Shown here: piece after piece, positions 63,024 through 64,000 of the stretch
Numbering within the stretch: the first letter of the stretch is position 1
Layout of the letters: every line of letters begins with the position of its first letter
Origin: Eledone cirrhosa
Lineage: Eukaryota
DNA: 64,000 nucleotides
Direction: 5' to 3'
Assembly: GCA_964016885.1 (NCBI GenBank)
Contig: OZ024742.1
Location: 46,562,001 to 46,626,000, forward strand
The notes under the pieces: model-generated
Database searches by the model: none
What the model saw: the letters and a program-made list of their open reading frames with translations, nothing else
Told to the model about the DNA's origin: nothing
Program-made: the position numbers and the translations under genes

Positions 63024-63315
63024 TGTGGTGAAATCTACAGTGGCTGTTTTTGAACTTTTGACTTGAACGTTGTTTACCGTTTCAAGGTCGAAAATTACCA
63101 TTTTTGTTGGTGGGGAAGCGATTTATTTCGAAGTTTTTAAAATTAAATCTGAATATTCAGGCTTAAAGCCCGAATATTGAGAGGTCTCCCTCCTTGGAAC
63201 CTTATGCTTCGTTAACGACAAGAAAATACAAAAAATGATACTTTAAGACAGCTTAAAGTTACGAACCTTTTCCCCCGCAGATTTGTACGTCTTCATACAT
63301 GTGCCTCCAAACATA
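62095..63315 (-). mobile_element. 5' part of a divergent Tx1-family element (copy C): 5'UTR plus truncated ORF1
   Basis: ORF 62115-63101 aligns by eye with ORF1 of A (TFAAAA/SFAKAA, RRTVYFR/TVSYR, FGTISVLF/HGTVDVFF, HPSYMG/VPSYCG, REDWS/QENWS) at low identity. Confidence 0.85.
62115..63101 (-). CDS. Tx1-like ORF1 N-terminal portion, 328 aa, 3'-truncated
   Basis: Open from ATG 63101; poly-Thr/Asn region followed by a domain homologous to ORF1 of copies A/B; zinc knuckle missing. Confidence 0.7.
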
Positions 63316-63317
63316 TA

Positions 63318-63838
63318 TAATAATAATAATTGTTTCTACTTTTGGCACAAGGCCAGCAATTATCCAGTGCATTACTGGTACCTTATTTTATCGACCCCGT
63401 AAGGATCAAAGACAAAGTTAACATCGGCGGGATTTGAACTCAGATCATAAAGGGGCGTAACTCTGTGCTGCAAAGCACAGCATCCGACCCTCTACCGATA
63501 CTGCCAATCCAACGCCCTATATATAATAATTGTTTCTACTTTTGGCACAAGGCCAGCAATTATCCCAGTATATTAATGAAACTTTATTTTATCAACCCCG
63601 TAAGGATGAAAGGCAAAGTTAACCTCGGCGGGATATATAATAATAATATATAATAATTATTTTCTACTTTTGGCACAAGGCCAGAAATCACCCAGTGTAT
63701 TACTGGTACTTTATTTTATCGATCCCGTAGGATGAAAGGCAAAGTTAACCTCGGCGGGATTTGAACTCAGAATGGAAAAGGCCGTAACTCTTTACGTCAA
63801 AGCATGGCGTCACACCCTCTACCGATACTGCCAATGCA
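63318..63838 (-). mobile_element. Three head-to-tail SINE copies
   Basis: Copies at ~63318-63517, ~63525-63633 (5'-truncated) and ~63651-63838, separated by TA/TAA tracts. Confidence 0.92.
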
Positions 63839-63875
63839 TATATAATAATAATAATATATATGATAATAGTAATAG

Positions 63876-64000
63876 CGAAAAGTGAGAGCAGGGTACAGGT
63901 TGGGAAAGGGAGGGCTTACCATCAATCACCTCCTCTTCATGGACGATCTTAAGCTCTTCGGGAAGAATGAGAAGGAGTTGGATGTGCTTGTTGACACTGT
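63876..64000 (+). pseudogene. R4/Dong-like reverse transcriptase fragment (5'-truncated, runs off the window)
   Basis: Translates RKVRAGYRLGKGGLTINHLLFMDDLKLFGKNEKELDVLVDT (HLLFMDDLKL catalytic motif); begins directly after a (TAA)-rich tract. Confidence 0.85.

Overview
AT-rich, microsatellite-dense animal DNA with no recognisable host protein-coding exon. The repeat content (about 25 copies of one tRNA-derived SINE, dense (TA)n/(CA)n/(TTA)n tracts) suggests a cephalopod such as Octopus; this is inference only. Large elements are two decayed Tx1/L1-clade non-LTR retrotransposons in convergent orientation (39471-45218 +, 56790-62090 -) and the 5' part of a third, divergent Tx1 (62095-63315 -). 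Smaller relics include R4/Dong-like, RTE-like and Penelope-like (PLE) fragments and one hAT MITE. The main hidden signal, which the ORF track does not show, is a set of about ten Type I hammerhead ribozyme (HHR) motifs (stem I-CUGANGA-stem II-GAAAC-stem III-GUH-stem I'). They lie in several sequence-unrelated, short non-coding units embedded in (TA)n/(CA)n tracts, most with direct or inverted terminal duplications. Examples are a 406-nt retrozyme-like unit, a 277-bp palindrome with one hammerhead on each strand, and hammerheads with large branched stem-II insertions. All folding was done by eye; ribozyme activity and family names need computational and experimental confirmation.
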